Below are positions 1 to 7,620 of a DNA stretch of 13,694 bases, in pieces. Both the position numbers and the translations under genes were made by a program. The stretch's first letter is position 1. Every line of letters begins with the position of its first letter. The notes beneath the pieces were generated by a model. The model did not search any database. It had not been told where the DNA came from and saw only the letters and a list, made by a program, of their open reading frames with translations. This stretch comes from Polyangiaceae bacterium (GTDB lineage Bacteria > Myxococcota_A > Polyangia > Polyangiales > Polyangiaceae), in the NCBI GenBank assembly GCA_044222475.1, contig JBGANF010000180.1, positions 1 through 13,694 on the forward strand. The letters run 5' to 3'.

Positions 1-14
1 TCCTCCACCGCGCG

Positions 15-20
15 AGGATA
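15..20 (-). promoter_or_regulatory. -10 hexamer (TATCCT) 6 nt upstream of a GTG at 8..6; predicts a divergent gene running off the left edge
   Basis: Minus strand reads TATCCT-cgcgcg-GTG GAG GA. The geometry matches seven other gene starts in the window. Confidence 0.45.
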
Positions 21-66
21 GCCGTTCCCCCTTGGCGGCGCCGAGGGCTCGTGAAACGTTCTGGAC

Positions 67-1451
67 ATGCGCGCGATGGAGGAAGTCGTCGGCGACGTGG
101 CGCGGCCCCGCGCGGCGTGGCCGCTCAACGGGGATCTCGGTCACCTGCCCGGAGAGCAGGGGTTCGTCGCCGGCGCGAGGAACCTCGCCGGGTGGCTGAA
201 CCGCGGCGCCGATCACCTGGACGACCTGCGGCGCCGTCATGGCAACGTGTTCCGCTCGCAGTTCTGGATTCATCCCATCGTCTGCGTCTTCGATCCGGAG
301 CTCGTCGCGAAGATCGCGCGCAACGAGGACCGGGCTTGGTCGGCGGCGCTCGCGTGGCACTTCTTCTTCGACGGTGTCGACCCGACGAGCGCCACGATGG
401 ACTCGCCGGTGACGCTCGACTTCGAGCCGCACAAGGACGCGAGAAAGCTCCTCCAGCCCGCGTTCAGCGGGGCCGCGGTGGCGGGCTACCTCGAGACCGC
501 CGCGCCGATGTTCGCGCGCGCGATCGATCGCTGGGTGACCGACGGGCGCGTGACGTTCAAGCCGGCGATCCGTCGCCTCCTCGCCGAGGTCTCGACGCGC
601 ATCTTCATCGGCGAAGGCGACTCGCGCGAAGCGGAGACGCTCGATCGCGCCCTCGCGGACTTCTGGGCGGCACCGATGGCGATGACGAAGAACCGTTGGC
701 TGAGCCCCAAGTGGCGCCGCGCGATGCAAGGTCACCGCACGCTGCGCGAGACGCTGAGGCCGAAGGTCGCCGAGCGGCGCCGCGGGGAGGGGACCGATCT
801 GTTCAGCCGCCTCTGCCGCACCGAGCGCGAGGGCGAGTGGCTCGACGACGACGGCCTCGTGCGGCTCTTCATCGGGCTCTTGGCCGGCGCGTTCGACACG
901 ACGTCGCTCGGTCTCGCGAGCATGATGTACCTGCTCGCGCGTCATCCGGAGTGGCAGGATCGCGTCCGCGAGGAAGCGCGCGCGATCCCGTCGCCGACGG
1001 CGGAAGACGTGCGTCGCCTCGAGGTGACGGACCGCGCCTGGAAGGAGACGCTGCGGCTCTTCCCGGTGAGCGCGAACCTCCCGCGCGTGTCGCTGCGCGA
1101 CGTCGACCTCGGCGGATTTCGGATCCCAGCGGGCACGCTCGTCCAAGCGATGACCGGCCCGCTCGGTCGCGATCCCGCGTGGTGGACCGAGCCGCGGAAG
1201 TTCGATCCCGATCGGTTCGGCGCGGACCGCGCCGAGGATCGGAAGCACCCGGTGCGTTCGTGCCGTTCGGGGCGGGGGCGCACGCGTGCATCGGGATGCA
1301 CCTGTCGAACCTCGAGGCCAAGCTGTTTTGCCACGCGCTGGTGACGAAGGCGCGGTTCCGGCTCGAAGACGATCGCGAGGCGGGGCACGTGTATGCGCCG
1401 CTGGGATCGGTGAAGGGTGACGTGGGGTTGGTGATCGAGAAGATCGGGTGA
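67..1451 (+). pseudogene. Cytochrome P450 interrupted by a 1-nt deletion at about 1248-1252 (real pseudogene or sequencing error); 461 aa if repaired
   Basis: Frame 67..1344 has the I-helix GAFDTT, ExxR (ETLR) and DPDRF. The heme motif FGAGAHACIG and the C-terminus are in another frame ending at 1451. The junction cacccggtgcg needs one extra C or G to read H-P-G-A-F. Confidence 0.93.
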
Positions 1452-1550
1452 GGCCCCTCACCGCGGCGCTGCGCGCCGCGACTCTCCACCCCTTCGGGTA
1501 CCACGAAGCGCGGCCCAAGCTTGGCGCTTCGCGCCAAGCGGGGAGAGTGG
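1447..1550. repeat. REP-like nested palindromic element between convergent genes, possibly a bidirectional terminator
   Basis: Hairpins cgcggcgc-tgc-gcgccgcg (1462-1480), accc-cttc-gggt (1488-1499) and gcttggcgc-ttc-gcgccaagc (1519-1539). Outer inverted pair actctcc (1481-1487)/ggagagt (1542-1548). Confidence 0.65.
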
Positions 1551-1559
1551 TTCCACCGA

Positions 1560-2414
1560 TCACGTCGCTTCGCGGTCGAAGGCCATCATGAGCTCGTCAC
1601 CCACTCGGCGATATCCGAGCGCGGTGTAGATCTTGTTCGACGTCGGGTTCGCCACGTCGGCGCTCAGCGTGACTTTTTGCGCGCCGCCTTCGAGGAAGCG
1701 CTGACTCAGCTTCGCGACGATCGCCGAGGCGTAGCCGCGGCGACGAAGATCCGGCGGCGTGTAGACCCCTCCGATGCGCGGCACCGCGATCGTGCTCGCC
1801 GCCGCCATCGTCACCGGACGACCATCGACCTCCCACACGTGGAGCACGCCGCGCTCCACGCGCGGTGCGATCGCTTCGCGCGTCGCCATCGGGCGGTCCT
1901 CGTCGGGGAGCCCCGTCTCGTCGATGAAGGCCGTGCTCCACTCGACGATTCGATCCACGTCGGCGGCGGTCGCGCGCCGCAGCGCTCCCGGTGGCCACGT
2001 CGGCGCGATCAACCGATCGAGCTCGAACGCCGTCAGGCGAATGAGCGGTCTCGCGTGCACCCCGACCGCGGCGGCCCAGCGCGGCGCGAACCCGAGGACG
2101 GTCTCGGCGCAGCCGGATGCGCCGTTCATCGTGTCGCCACGCTTCACGAGATCGTTCACGACGAGATCGAGCGCATCCTGGGAGGCGCCGTCCCGCAGCG
2201 CGCTCAAGACGACGTTGTGTGGAGGCGTGCGGACCACGGCGACGACGACTCCGCGATCGTCCTCGACCGTCGCGAAGTACGGAGTCATCGCGCCCGCGAC
2301 GGGAGCACGCGAGGCGAGCATGAGGATCAGGCTGTGGAGCGTTTCCTTCTGTCGAAGGAACTCGCCCGCGCGTTCCAGAAGCGCTGCGCCCGTGTCGAAG
2401 CGATGGAGCTCCAT
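1560..2414 (-). CDS. GNAT family N-acetyltransferase (C-terminal FR47-like GNAT domain)
   Basis: C-terminal motifs IGGVYTPPDLRRRGYAS (acetyl-CoA binding motif A) and LSADVANPTSNKIYTALGY. Confidence 0.92.
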   Translation of the reverse strand: MELHRFDTGAALLERAGEFLRQKETLHSLILMLASRAPVAGAMTPYFATVEDDRGVVVAVVRTPPHNVVLSALRDGASQDALDLVVNDLVKRGDTMNGASGCAETVLGFAPRWAAAVGVHARPLIRLTAFELDRLIAPTWPPGALRRATAADVDRIVEWSTAFIDETGLPDEDRPMATREAIAPRVERGVLHVWEVDGRPVTMAAASTIAVPRIGGVYTPPDLRRRGYASAIVAKLSQRFLEGGAQKVTLSADVANPTSNKIYTALGYRRVGDELMMAFDREAT

Positions 2415-2422
2415 GTACCTTC

Positions 2423-2428
2423 AGGGTA
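2423..2428 (-). promoter_or_regulatory. Putative -10 hexamer TACCCT, 8 nt before the GNAT ATG
   Basis: Minus strand reads TACCCT-gaaggtac-ATG. Confidence 0.4.
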
Positions 2429-2463
2429 GACGCCCGTCGGGCCGCGTGGCTGACGGACTCGAT

Positions 2464-3024
2464 TCAGGTCTTCCGGGCCCAGATCGCGTAGAGGCCCGAC
2501 AGGTCTGCGGGCTTCTTCTTCGAGACCCGGTACGCGGTGGTCACCAGCACTCTCACTGGATTGAGTGGCACGGTGCCAAAGCCCATGATCACGGGCTGCC
2601 CGTAGTCCACGAACCGCTTGTTGGAGAGGGGCTGATCCCAGCGGGTTCCCTGGAGATTCTCCAGCACCACGCGTCCAAAATACATCCCGATGTCCACCGC
2701 CAGCGAGAAGGTACGGTTCGTGAGCTCATCTTGCGGGACGTCGATGGGGAACGACAGTGTGGCTTCGAGCTCGGCGATCTCTTCGGGTCGCCTCTTTCGC
2801 GTCTCGACTTGTCCCTCGAACCACCGGCCCAGCCGCTCGAGCGACTCCGGCGCGCCGGTCGGCTCCCAGTCCTCGTAGCCAGGCGTGGTTTTCACGGCGT
2901 TCGTGAGCTCGGCGATGCGAGTCGGCGCTACACTGTGGAACCACGTCGCGTACTCCCTGAGCGTCTTCTTGCTGGCACTCTCGAACGCGAGGTCGAACGG
3001 AGGGCGGATGATCGAGTAGGTCAT
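2464..3024 (-). CDS. Hypothetical protein, 186 aa, resembling orphan polymorphic-toxin immunity proteins
   Basis: Globular-looking ORF with motifs DIGMYFG, DYGQPVIMGF and PLNP. GC is lower than in flanking genes. The function is inferred only. Confidence 0.75.
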   Translation of the reverse strand: MTYSIIRPPFDLAFESASKKTLREYATWFHSVAPTRIAELTNAVKTTPGYEDWEPTGAPESLERLGRWFEGQVETRKRRPEEIAELEATLSFPIDVPQDELTNRTFSLAVDIGMYFGRVVLENLQGTRWDQPLSNKRFVDYGQPVIMGFGTVPLNPVRVLVTTAYRVSKKKPADLSGLYAIWARKT

Positions 3025-3073
3025 GGTCGTTGGTCAGGCTGGACAGCGACCCGGAGTGATTCCACTGCTAGCG

Positions 3074-3598
3074 TCAAGGCTTCGTCGCGACAGGCTCGCA
3101 CGTGCGGTTGGCGCCGCAGACCTGACCCGCGGCGCACGCCGGATTGCACAGCGGCTTGCAGGTGGTCCCTTCGCACGCGTAGCCCGGCGAGCACGGCGGA
3201 TCGCAGGTGGGCGCCGGGGCGGACGCGCTCGCGCTCGCCGCCGGCGTCGCGTTCAGCTGATAGGCGACTCCGCGGATCGTGTAGCCCTTGTCCCAACAAC
3301 CGGCGGTCTCGTGCGGCTCCACGAGGGCGACGATCTTCACGTAGGTCGCCCCCATCGCGACGGCCTTGTTCTTCACCGCGCGCAGCGCTCCGGCGTACGT
3401 GCCGGTGACGCCGAGCATCCCGCATCCGCCGCCGTCCATCGCCTCGACCGGGCCGATCTCGCGAGCGCCCGCGGGCGGGTCGGCCTTCTCCGCAGCGACC
3501 TCGTCGCTGCGATCGGGCGCGTCACTGACGGCCGGCTTGGGGCGACAGGCAGAGACGAGCAGCGCGAGGACGAAGAGCGCGATCGGAAAGGTTCTCAT
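3074..3598 (-). CDS. Lipoprotein with a DUF4156/RcsF-like small domain and two C-terminal 4-Cys repeats
   Basis: Lipobox LLVSA-C; core ALRAVKNKAVAMGATYVKIV...IRGVAY; Ala/Pro linker; then CDPPCSPGYACEGTTC and CNPACAAGQVCGANRTC. Confidence 0.8.
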   Translation of the reverse strand: MRTFPIALFVLALLVSACRPKPAVSDAPDRSDEVAAEKADPPAGAREIGPVEAMDGGGCGMLGVTGTYAGALRAVKNKAVAMGATYVKIVALVEPHETAGCWDKGYTIRGVAYQLNATPAASASASAPAPTCDPPCSPGYACEGTTCKPLCNPACAAGQVCGANRTCEPVATKP

Positions 3599-3677
3599 CG
3601 CGGCGCATCATCGTCCCGCGAGCGCGCACGATCAAGCCGGTGCTCACACTCGTTCGGATCGAGCTCCGACGCGCAAA

Positions 3678-3686
3678 TGCTAGAAT
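3678..3686 (+). promoter_or_regulatory. Extended -10 promoter (TG-c-TAGAAT), 7 nt before GTG 3694
   Basis: tgcTAGAAT-catcgac-GTG; 5 of 6 bases match TATAAT and there is no SD. Confidence 0.65.
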
Positions 3687-3693
3687 CATCGAC

Positions 3694-4353
3694 GTGCAGG
3701 GTCTCCGTCACCTCCGTCCGGTGAAGCCACTGCGTTTCCCCTCCTCGAACTCGGAGTGGGACATGCCGCAGTCGTTTCGGCATCATCGAATGTGCGAACT
3801 CGTGTACCAGGTTCTCGCCGCCGCGCTCGGACCGGCGCACACGGTCGGCTCCGATCAGTTCGTCTATTATGACGCGAGCGCGCCTCGACGCTGCGTTGCG
3901 CCGGACGCATTCGTGAAGCTCGGAGTTCCTGCGCACTTTCCGGACGTTTGGCGAACATGGGAGCAAGGTGCCCCCGAGCTGTGCGTCGAGATCCTCAGCC
4001 CAAGCGATTCCGAAGAGAAGCTTTCGTTCGCCGAGAAGCTTCGTCGCTACACCGCGCTCGGGACGAGAGAGCTCATCGTGTTCAATGCGGATCGAAAGCG
4101 GATCCGCGCATGGGATCGCGTCAACGACGACTTCGTCGAGCGCATCGTGGCGGGCGATCAAACCCCATGCGTCACGATTCCGCGCCACGCCTTCGTCGTG
4201 ACGCCCGACGCGAAGCTCGGTCACGTGTTGAGACTTCGTGATGCCGAAGGGAAGCTCATCCCGACCGACGCGGAAGAGGTTGCCCGCCTGCGTGAAGAGC
4301 TCGAAAGTCGCGACCGACCCGCCGTCAAACGAAAGAAACCACGCCGTGCGTGA
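3694..4353 (+). CDS. Uma2 (DUF820) family PD-(D/E)XK putative endonuclease
   Basis: Motifs GSDQFVYY, VAPDAFV, PELCVEILSPSD and KLRRYTALG. Start moved from 3640 to GTG 3694 on promoter geometry. Confidence 0.9.
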   Translation: MQGLRHLRPVKPLRFPSSNSEWDMPQSFRHHRMCELVYQVLAAALGPAHTVGSDQFVYYDASAPRRCVAPDAFVKLGVPAHFPDVWRTWEQGAPELCVEILSPSDSEEKLSFAEKLRRYTALGTRELIVFNADRKRIRAWDRVNDDFVERIVAGDQTPCVTIPRHAFVVTPDAKLGHVLRLRDAEGKLIPTDAEEVARLREELESRDRPAVKRKKPRRA

Positions 4354-4371
4354 AGAGACGAGCCGCTGACC

Positions 4372-4617
4372 ATGCTGGAGCTTCGACCCAACTGCGAGTG
4401 CTGCGATCGCGACCTTCCTCCCGAGAGTGCGCTCGCTCGGATATGCAGCTTCGAGTGCACGTTCTGCGTCGAGTGCGCGGCGGATCGACTCGGCGGACGA
4501 TGCCCGAACTGCGGTGGTGATCTCGTTGCGCGTCCGGTTCGCCCGAGCGCGGCGCTCGAGAAGCACCCGGCTTCGACGGTGAGAGTGACCAAAGCTCACG
4601 CCGCGTGTCGAAGCTGA
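4372..4617 (+). CDS. DUF1272 family small Cys-rich protein
   Basis: Signature MLELRPNCECCDRDL...ICSFECTFC..CA...CPNCGGDLVARP. Confidence 0.93.
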   Translation: MLELRPNCECCDRDLPPESALARICSFECTFCVECAADRLGGRCPNCGGDLVARPVRPSAALEKHPASTVRVTKAHAACRS

Positions 4618-4619
4618 CG

Positions 4620-5273
4620 ATGCGCCGCGTGGTCGTGCTCTTTGCAGTGGTCGCGTGCACCACTCCCGAGACGAAGGCGAGCACGGCCAAGCCGACGACG
4701 TCGGGCGCCGTCGCGTCCGCCGCCGTGGTGTCCGGTCTCCAGGACGGCGACCTCGTGTTCCAGACGTCGAAGTCGTCGCAGAGCGTCGCGATTCAGCTCG
4801 CGACCCACTCGAAGTTCTCCCACGTCGGCATCGTCTACCAGAACGCCGGCGCGCCGTTCGTCTACGAGGCGATCGGCCCCGTCACCTCGACGCCGCTCAG
4901 CGCATGGATCGCGCGCGGCGAAGGTCGTCACTACACCGCGAAGCGCCTCGCCGATCGGAGCAAGCTCGACGCGCCCACGCTGGCCGCGATGCGCGCGGTC
5001 GGCAAGAAGTACGCGGGCAAGCCGTACGACTTCACGTTCGAGTGGTCCGACGATCGCATCTACTGCTCCGAGCTCGTCTGGAAGATCTTCCACGAGGGGG
5101 CAGGGATCGATCTCGCGCCGCTCGCGAAGCTGCGCGACTTCGATCTGTCGAGCCCCACGGTGAAGACCGCGATCGCGCAGCGCTACGGAGCGAACGTCCC
5201 GCTCGACGAGACCGTCATCTCGCCGCAGGCGCTGGCCGACTCGCCGCTCCTCGTGACGGTCGAGGAGAAGTAG
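4620..5273 (+). CDS. yiiX: YiiX/YebB-type permuted papain-like (NlpC/P60, peptidase C92) lipoprotein
   Basis: GDLVFQTS, catalytic His in FSHVGI preceding the Cys in YCSELVWK, and GKPYD. Lipobox VVA-C. ATG 4620 lies 2 nt after the DUF1272 stop. Confidence 0.9.
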   Translation: MRRVVVLFAVVACTTPETKASTAKPTTSGAVASAAVVSGLQDGDLVFQTSKSSQSVAIQLATHSKFSHVGIVYQNAGAPFVYEAIGPVTSTPLSAWIARGEGRHYTAKRLADRSKLDAPTLAAMRAVGKKYAGKPYDFTFEWSDDRIYCSELVWKIFHEGAGIDLAPLAKLRDFDLSSPTVKTAIAQRYGANVPLDETVISPQALADSPLLVTVEEK

Positions 5274-5276
5274 CGA

Positions 5277-5756
5277 TCACTCGAGGACGACCAGCGACTT
5301 CGGCGCCCACGCCGGCGCCACGCAGATCACGCCGAGCTCCTCGAGCGAGGGCGCGACCTCTCGCAGCTTGAACGAATCGGTCGTGGCCATGAGCACCGGG
5401 CACGCCGTCTCGGTCTGGCGCGCGGCGTCGAAGAAGAGGAACGCGAACGCGTCACCGAGGACCTCGGAGTCGGGCCAGCCTTTGGGTTCCATCGACGGGC
5501 TGCCGGCGACGATCGCGAACGGCACGATCGAGTCCTTGATCCATTTGCCCTTGGCGGTGAGCTTGGCTTCGTTCTCGAGGTAGTCCTCGTAGCTCTCGAT
5601 GAATTCCTTGCGGAGCTTCTTCGCGGTCTGCCAGTCGAAGAAGCGAATCGCGACGAGCCCGGGCTCGTGGCCCCAGGGGAATTTCTTCGTGATGCGGACG
5701 ACGCAGGTCATGGCGCGAAGCGCTTCGACGCGCGAGCGAAAGGTGTCGAGGTACAT
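5277..5756 (-). CDS. Hypothetical protein, 159 aa, with SUKH/SMI1-KNR4-like C-terminal motifs
   Basis: IVPFA...G, FLFFD, CPV and VAPSLEEL occur in the order typical of SUKH folds. The ATG is 1 nt after the LuxR stop (TGAcATG). Confidence 0.65.
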   Translation of the reverse strand: MYLDTFRSRVEALRAMTCVVRITKKFPWGHEPGLVAIRFFDWQTAKKLRKEFIESYEDYLENEAKLTAKGKWIKDSIVPFAIVAGSPSMEPKGWPDSEVLGDAFAFLFFDAARQTETACPVLMATTDSFKLREVAPSLEELGVICVAPAWAPKSLVVLE

Positions 5757-5757
5757 G

Positions 5758-6312
5758 TCAATCGCCTCCGGGCAACAGGAGATCTTCCAGGAAGAACGCC
5801 GCCAGGTCGTGCCGACCCGAGACGCCGGCTTTCTTGTAGACTGCACGCGCTTGCTGTCGCGCCGTCGCTTCGGTGATCGACCGAACGTCGGCGAGCTCCT
5901 TGTGACTCAGCCCTTTGAGGAGGAGCAACGCGACCTCCTTCTCGGCCGGCGAGAGCGCCCAGCGTTCGAACTGACGATCGATCGCGAGCGCGAGGCCATT
6001 CAGGTGATCGCGCGCTTCGTCCCGCCACCGCTTCGCCTCCGCTTCGGTCACTGCGAGCTGCGCGGCGAGCGTGCGTGCCTCGTCGCGAGCCGCGCGCTCG
6101 CTGCGCAAGACTTGCGTGAGGCGGCGGGTGACGACGACGGCTCCGACCAGCCCCACGAGAAAGACGCCACCCTCGGTGACGACGTGCCCGAGCGTCGTCC
6201 CTTCGCGCAGATCGGTGCCCAGATCGACGGCCGCGAGAAGCGAGACGGTGACGAAGGCGCCGAGGACGGCGGCGAACAGCCTTCGTTCGGATGTGAGCTC
6301 GGTGCGTGCCAA
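5758..6312 (-). CDS. Membrane-anchored LuxR-type HTH regulator (two TM helices, coiled coil, HTH)
   Basis: HTH LSPAEKEVALLLLKGLSHKELA...VYKKAGVSGR; two hydrophobic N-terminal segments; GGAGGA SD upstream of the TTG start. Confidence 0.88.
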   Translation of the reverse strand: MARTELTSERRLFAAVLGAFVTVSLLAAVDLGTDLREGTTLGHVVTEGGVFLVGLVGAVVVTRRLTQVLRSERAARDEARTLAAQLAVTEAEAKRWRDEARDHLNGLALAIDRQFERWALSPAEKEVALLLLKGLSHKELADVRSITEATARQQARAVYKKAGVSGRHDLAAFFLEDLLLPGGD

Positions 6313-6405
6313 GTGCTCGAAACTCCTCCGATGTCACGGATGGCGGATGGTCCCAGCCCGAGGGCGTAGCCACGTTCGGGGCATCGAAACGAGGAGGTTC
6401 GTACC

Positions 6406-6927
6406 ATGGACACACTGTTCTTTCACCCGAAGCTGGTTCACGTCCCGATGGCGCTCGGCATGCTCATGCCTCTCATCGCCGGGGGCGTTCTGCTCGCTTG
6501 GTGGCGTGGCTGGTTGCCCCGCCGCGGCTGGCTCTTCGCGATCGGACTGCAGGCCATCCTGGTCGGGTCCGGCGTGCTCGCGTTGCGAAGCGGCGAAGCG
6601 GAAGAGGATCGCGTGGAGAAGGTCGTGGCCGAGAGTCTCATCGAGCGGCACGAAGAGGCCGCGCAGGCGTTCGTCGTGGGAAGTGGCGGAGTGCTCGCGT
6701 TGATGGTGCTCGCAGCGGCGCTCGGGTCGCGACGTTCGGCACTGCCGCTCGCGGCGGCGGCGACGCTGGGAACGCTCGTCGTGGTCGGGCTGGGCTACCG
6801 CACCGGTCAGGCGGGCGGGAGCTTGGTCTACGAGCACGGAGCGGCGCAGGCGTACTCGGGTGCGAGCGTCTCCGGCGGCGAAACCGCGGGCGCGCGCGTC
6901 GTGCGAGACGATGACGATGACGATTGA
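6406..6927 (+). CDS. DUF2231-like four-TM membrane protein
   Basis: HPKLVHVP, IERHEE and GYRTGQAGGSLVYEHG; strong SD GAGGAGG at 6391-6397; poly-Asp tail. Confidence 0.85.
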   Translation: MDTLFFHPKLVHVPMALGMLMPLIAGGVLLAWWRGWLPRRGWLFAIGLQAILVGSGVLALRSGEAEEDRVEKVVAESLIERHEEAAQAFVVGSGGVLALMVLAAALGSRRSALPLAAAATLGTLVVVGLGYRTGQAGGSLVYEHGAAQAYSGASVSGGETAGARVVRDDDDDD

Positions 6928-6929
6928 GT

Positions 6930-7577
6930 CTACGGACAACCGAGCATGCAGTCCGCCCACTTCTTGCAGTTTGCATCGTTCTGGCAGCCGGTGAACTGAC
7001 TCGCGCAGCCGCCGTTCGCCGTGAACTTCGCCTTGAGGCACGTCTGGCATGCCGCCGTGTACGTCTGCCCGGTGCACACCGATCCGGTGCACGTCTGCGC
7101 GGTCCCACATTGGGACGCGCCGCACATGCAGCTTCCGGCGATGTTGGCCCATTGCGTGGCGCCGGCGGTGTAGGCCGTGGTGCAGCAGTTGCCACACGTG
7201 CCGACGGGGCCGGTCCAGCACGCTTCGCCCCCGTCGGACTTGGCGTCCGTGGCGGAATCGGTCGGTGCGTCGGTCGCGGCGTCGCCGGAGTCCACGCCGG
7301 AGTCGACGACCATGCCGCCGCAGTTCGGGTACGTGCTGACGTAGGTGTCGTACACGCAGCCGTCCGCGTCGGTGGCGCTGCCGGTGATCTTGAGGCAGTC
7401 GCACGCTGTCGGGCAGCTACCGTTGTTCAACCGCTTCGACCCGCCGCCGGCGCACGATCCGCCGCCGCGCGCGCAGCACTCGACCGTCGAGCTCGTCGTC
7501 GAGCTGCCGCACGCGAGGCCGACGCCGAGCGCGATCAAGAAAAGAGAGGAACCCAACCTACGAGCCATGGAAGTCAT
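6930..7577 (-). CDS. Cys-rich lipoprotein: an 8-Cys domain, an acidic linker and a 16-Cys domain
   Basis: Lipobox VGLA-CG; 24 Cys after the lipidated Cys; linker DSGVDSGDAATDAPTDSATDA. Confidence 0.85.
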   Translation of the reverse strand: MTSMARRLGSSLFLIALGVGLACGSSTTSSTVECCARGGGSCAGGGSKRLNNGSCPTACDCLKITGSATDADGCVYDTYVSTYPNCGGMVVDSGVDSGDAATDAPTDSATDAKSDGGEACWTGPVGTCGNCCTTAYTAGATQWANIAGSCMCGASQCGTAQTCTGSVCTGQTYTAACQTCLKAKFTANGGCASQFTGCQNDANCKKWADCMLGCP

Positions 7578-7583
7578 TCACCC

Positions 7584-7592
7584 AGCGTAGCA
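7584..7592 (-). promoter_or_regulatory. Extended -10 (TG-c-TACGCT), 6 nt before ATG 7577
   Basis: Minus strand reads tgcTACGCT-gggtga-ATG. Confidence 0.6.
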
Positions 7593-7620
7593 GCGCGCGG
7601 GGCGGGTGCGATGGGTTCGA

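Noticed and set aside
52..60. Weak -10 candidate before the P450 (tgaAACGTT-N6-ATG); also GATGAT-N8 before ATG 3598
   Set aside because: Both lack the first T of TAnnnT, so they were left out of the leaderless count.
51..1250. N-terminal part of the 466-aa ORF
   Set aside because: It is an Arg-rich alternative frame. Only the part from about 1251 on is real, as the P450 C-terminus.
1521..3408. Long plus-strand ORFs 1521..2429 and 1774..3408
   Set aside because: They are antisense to better-supported minus-strand genes.
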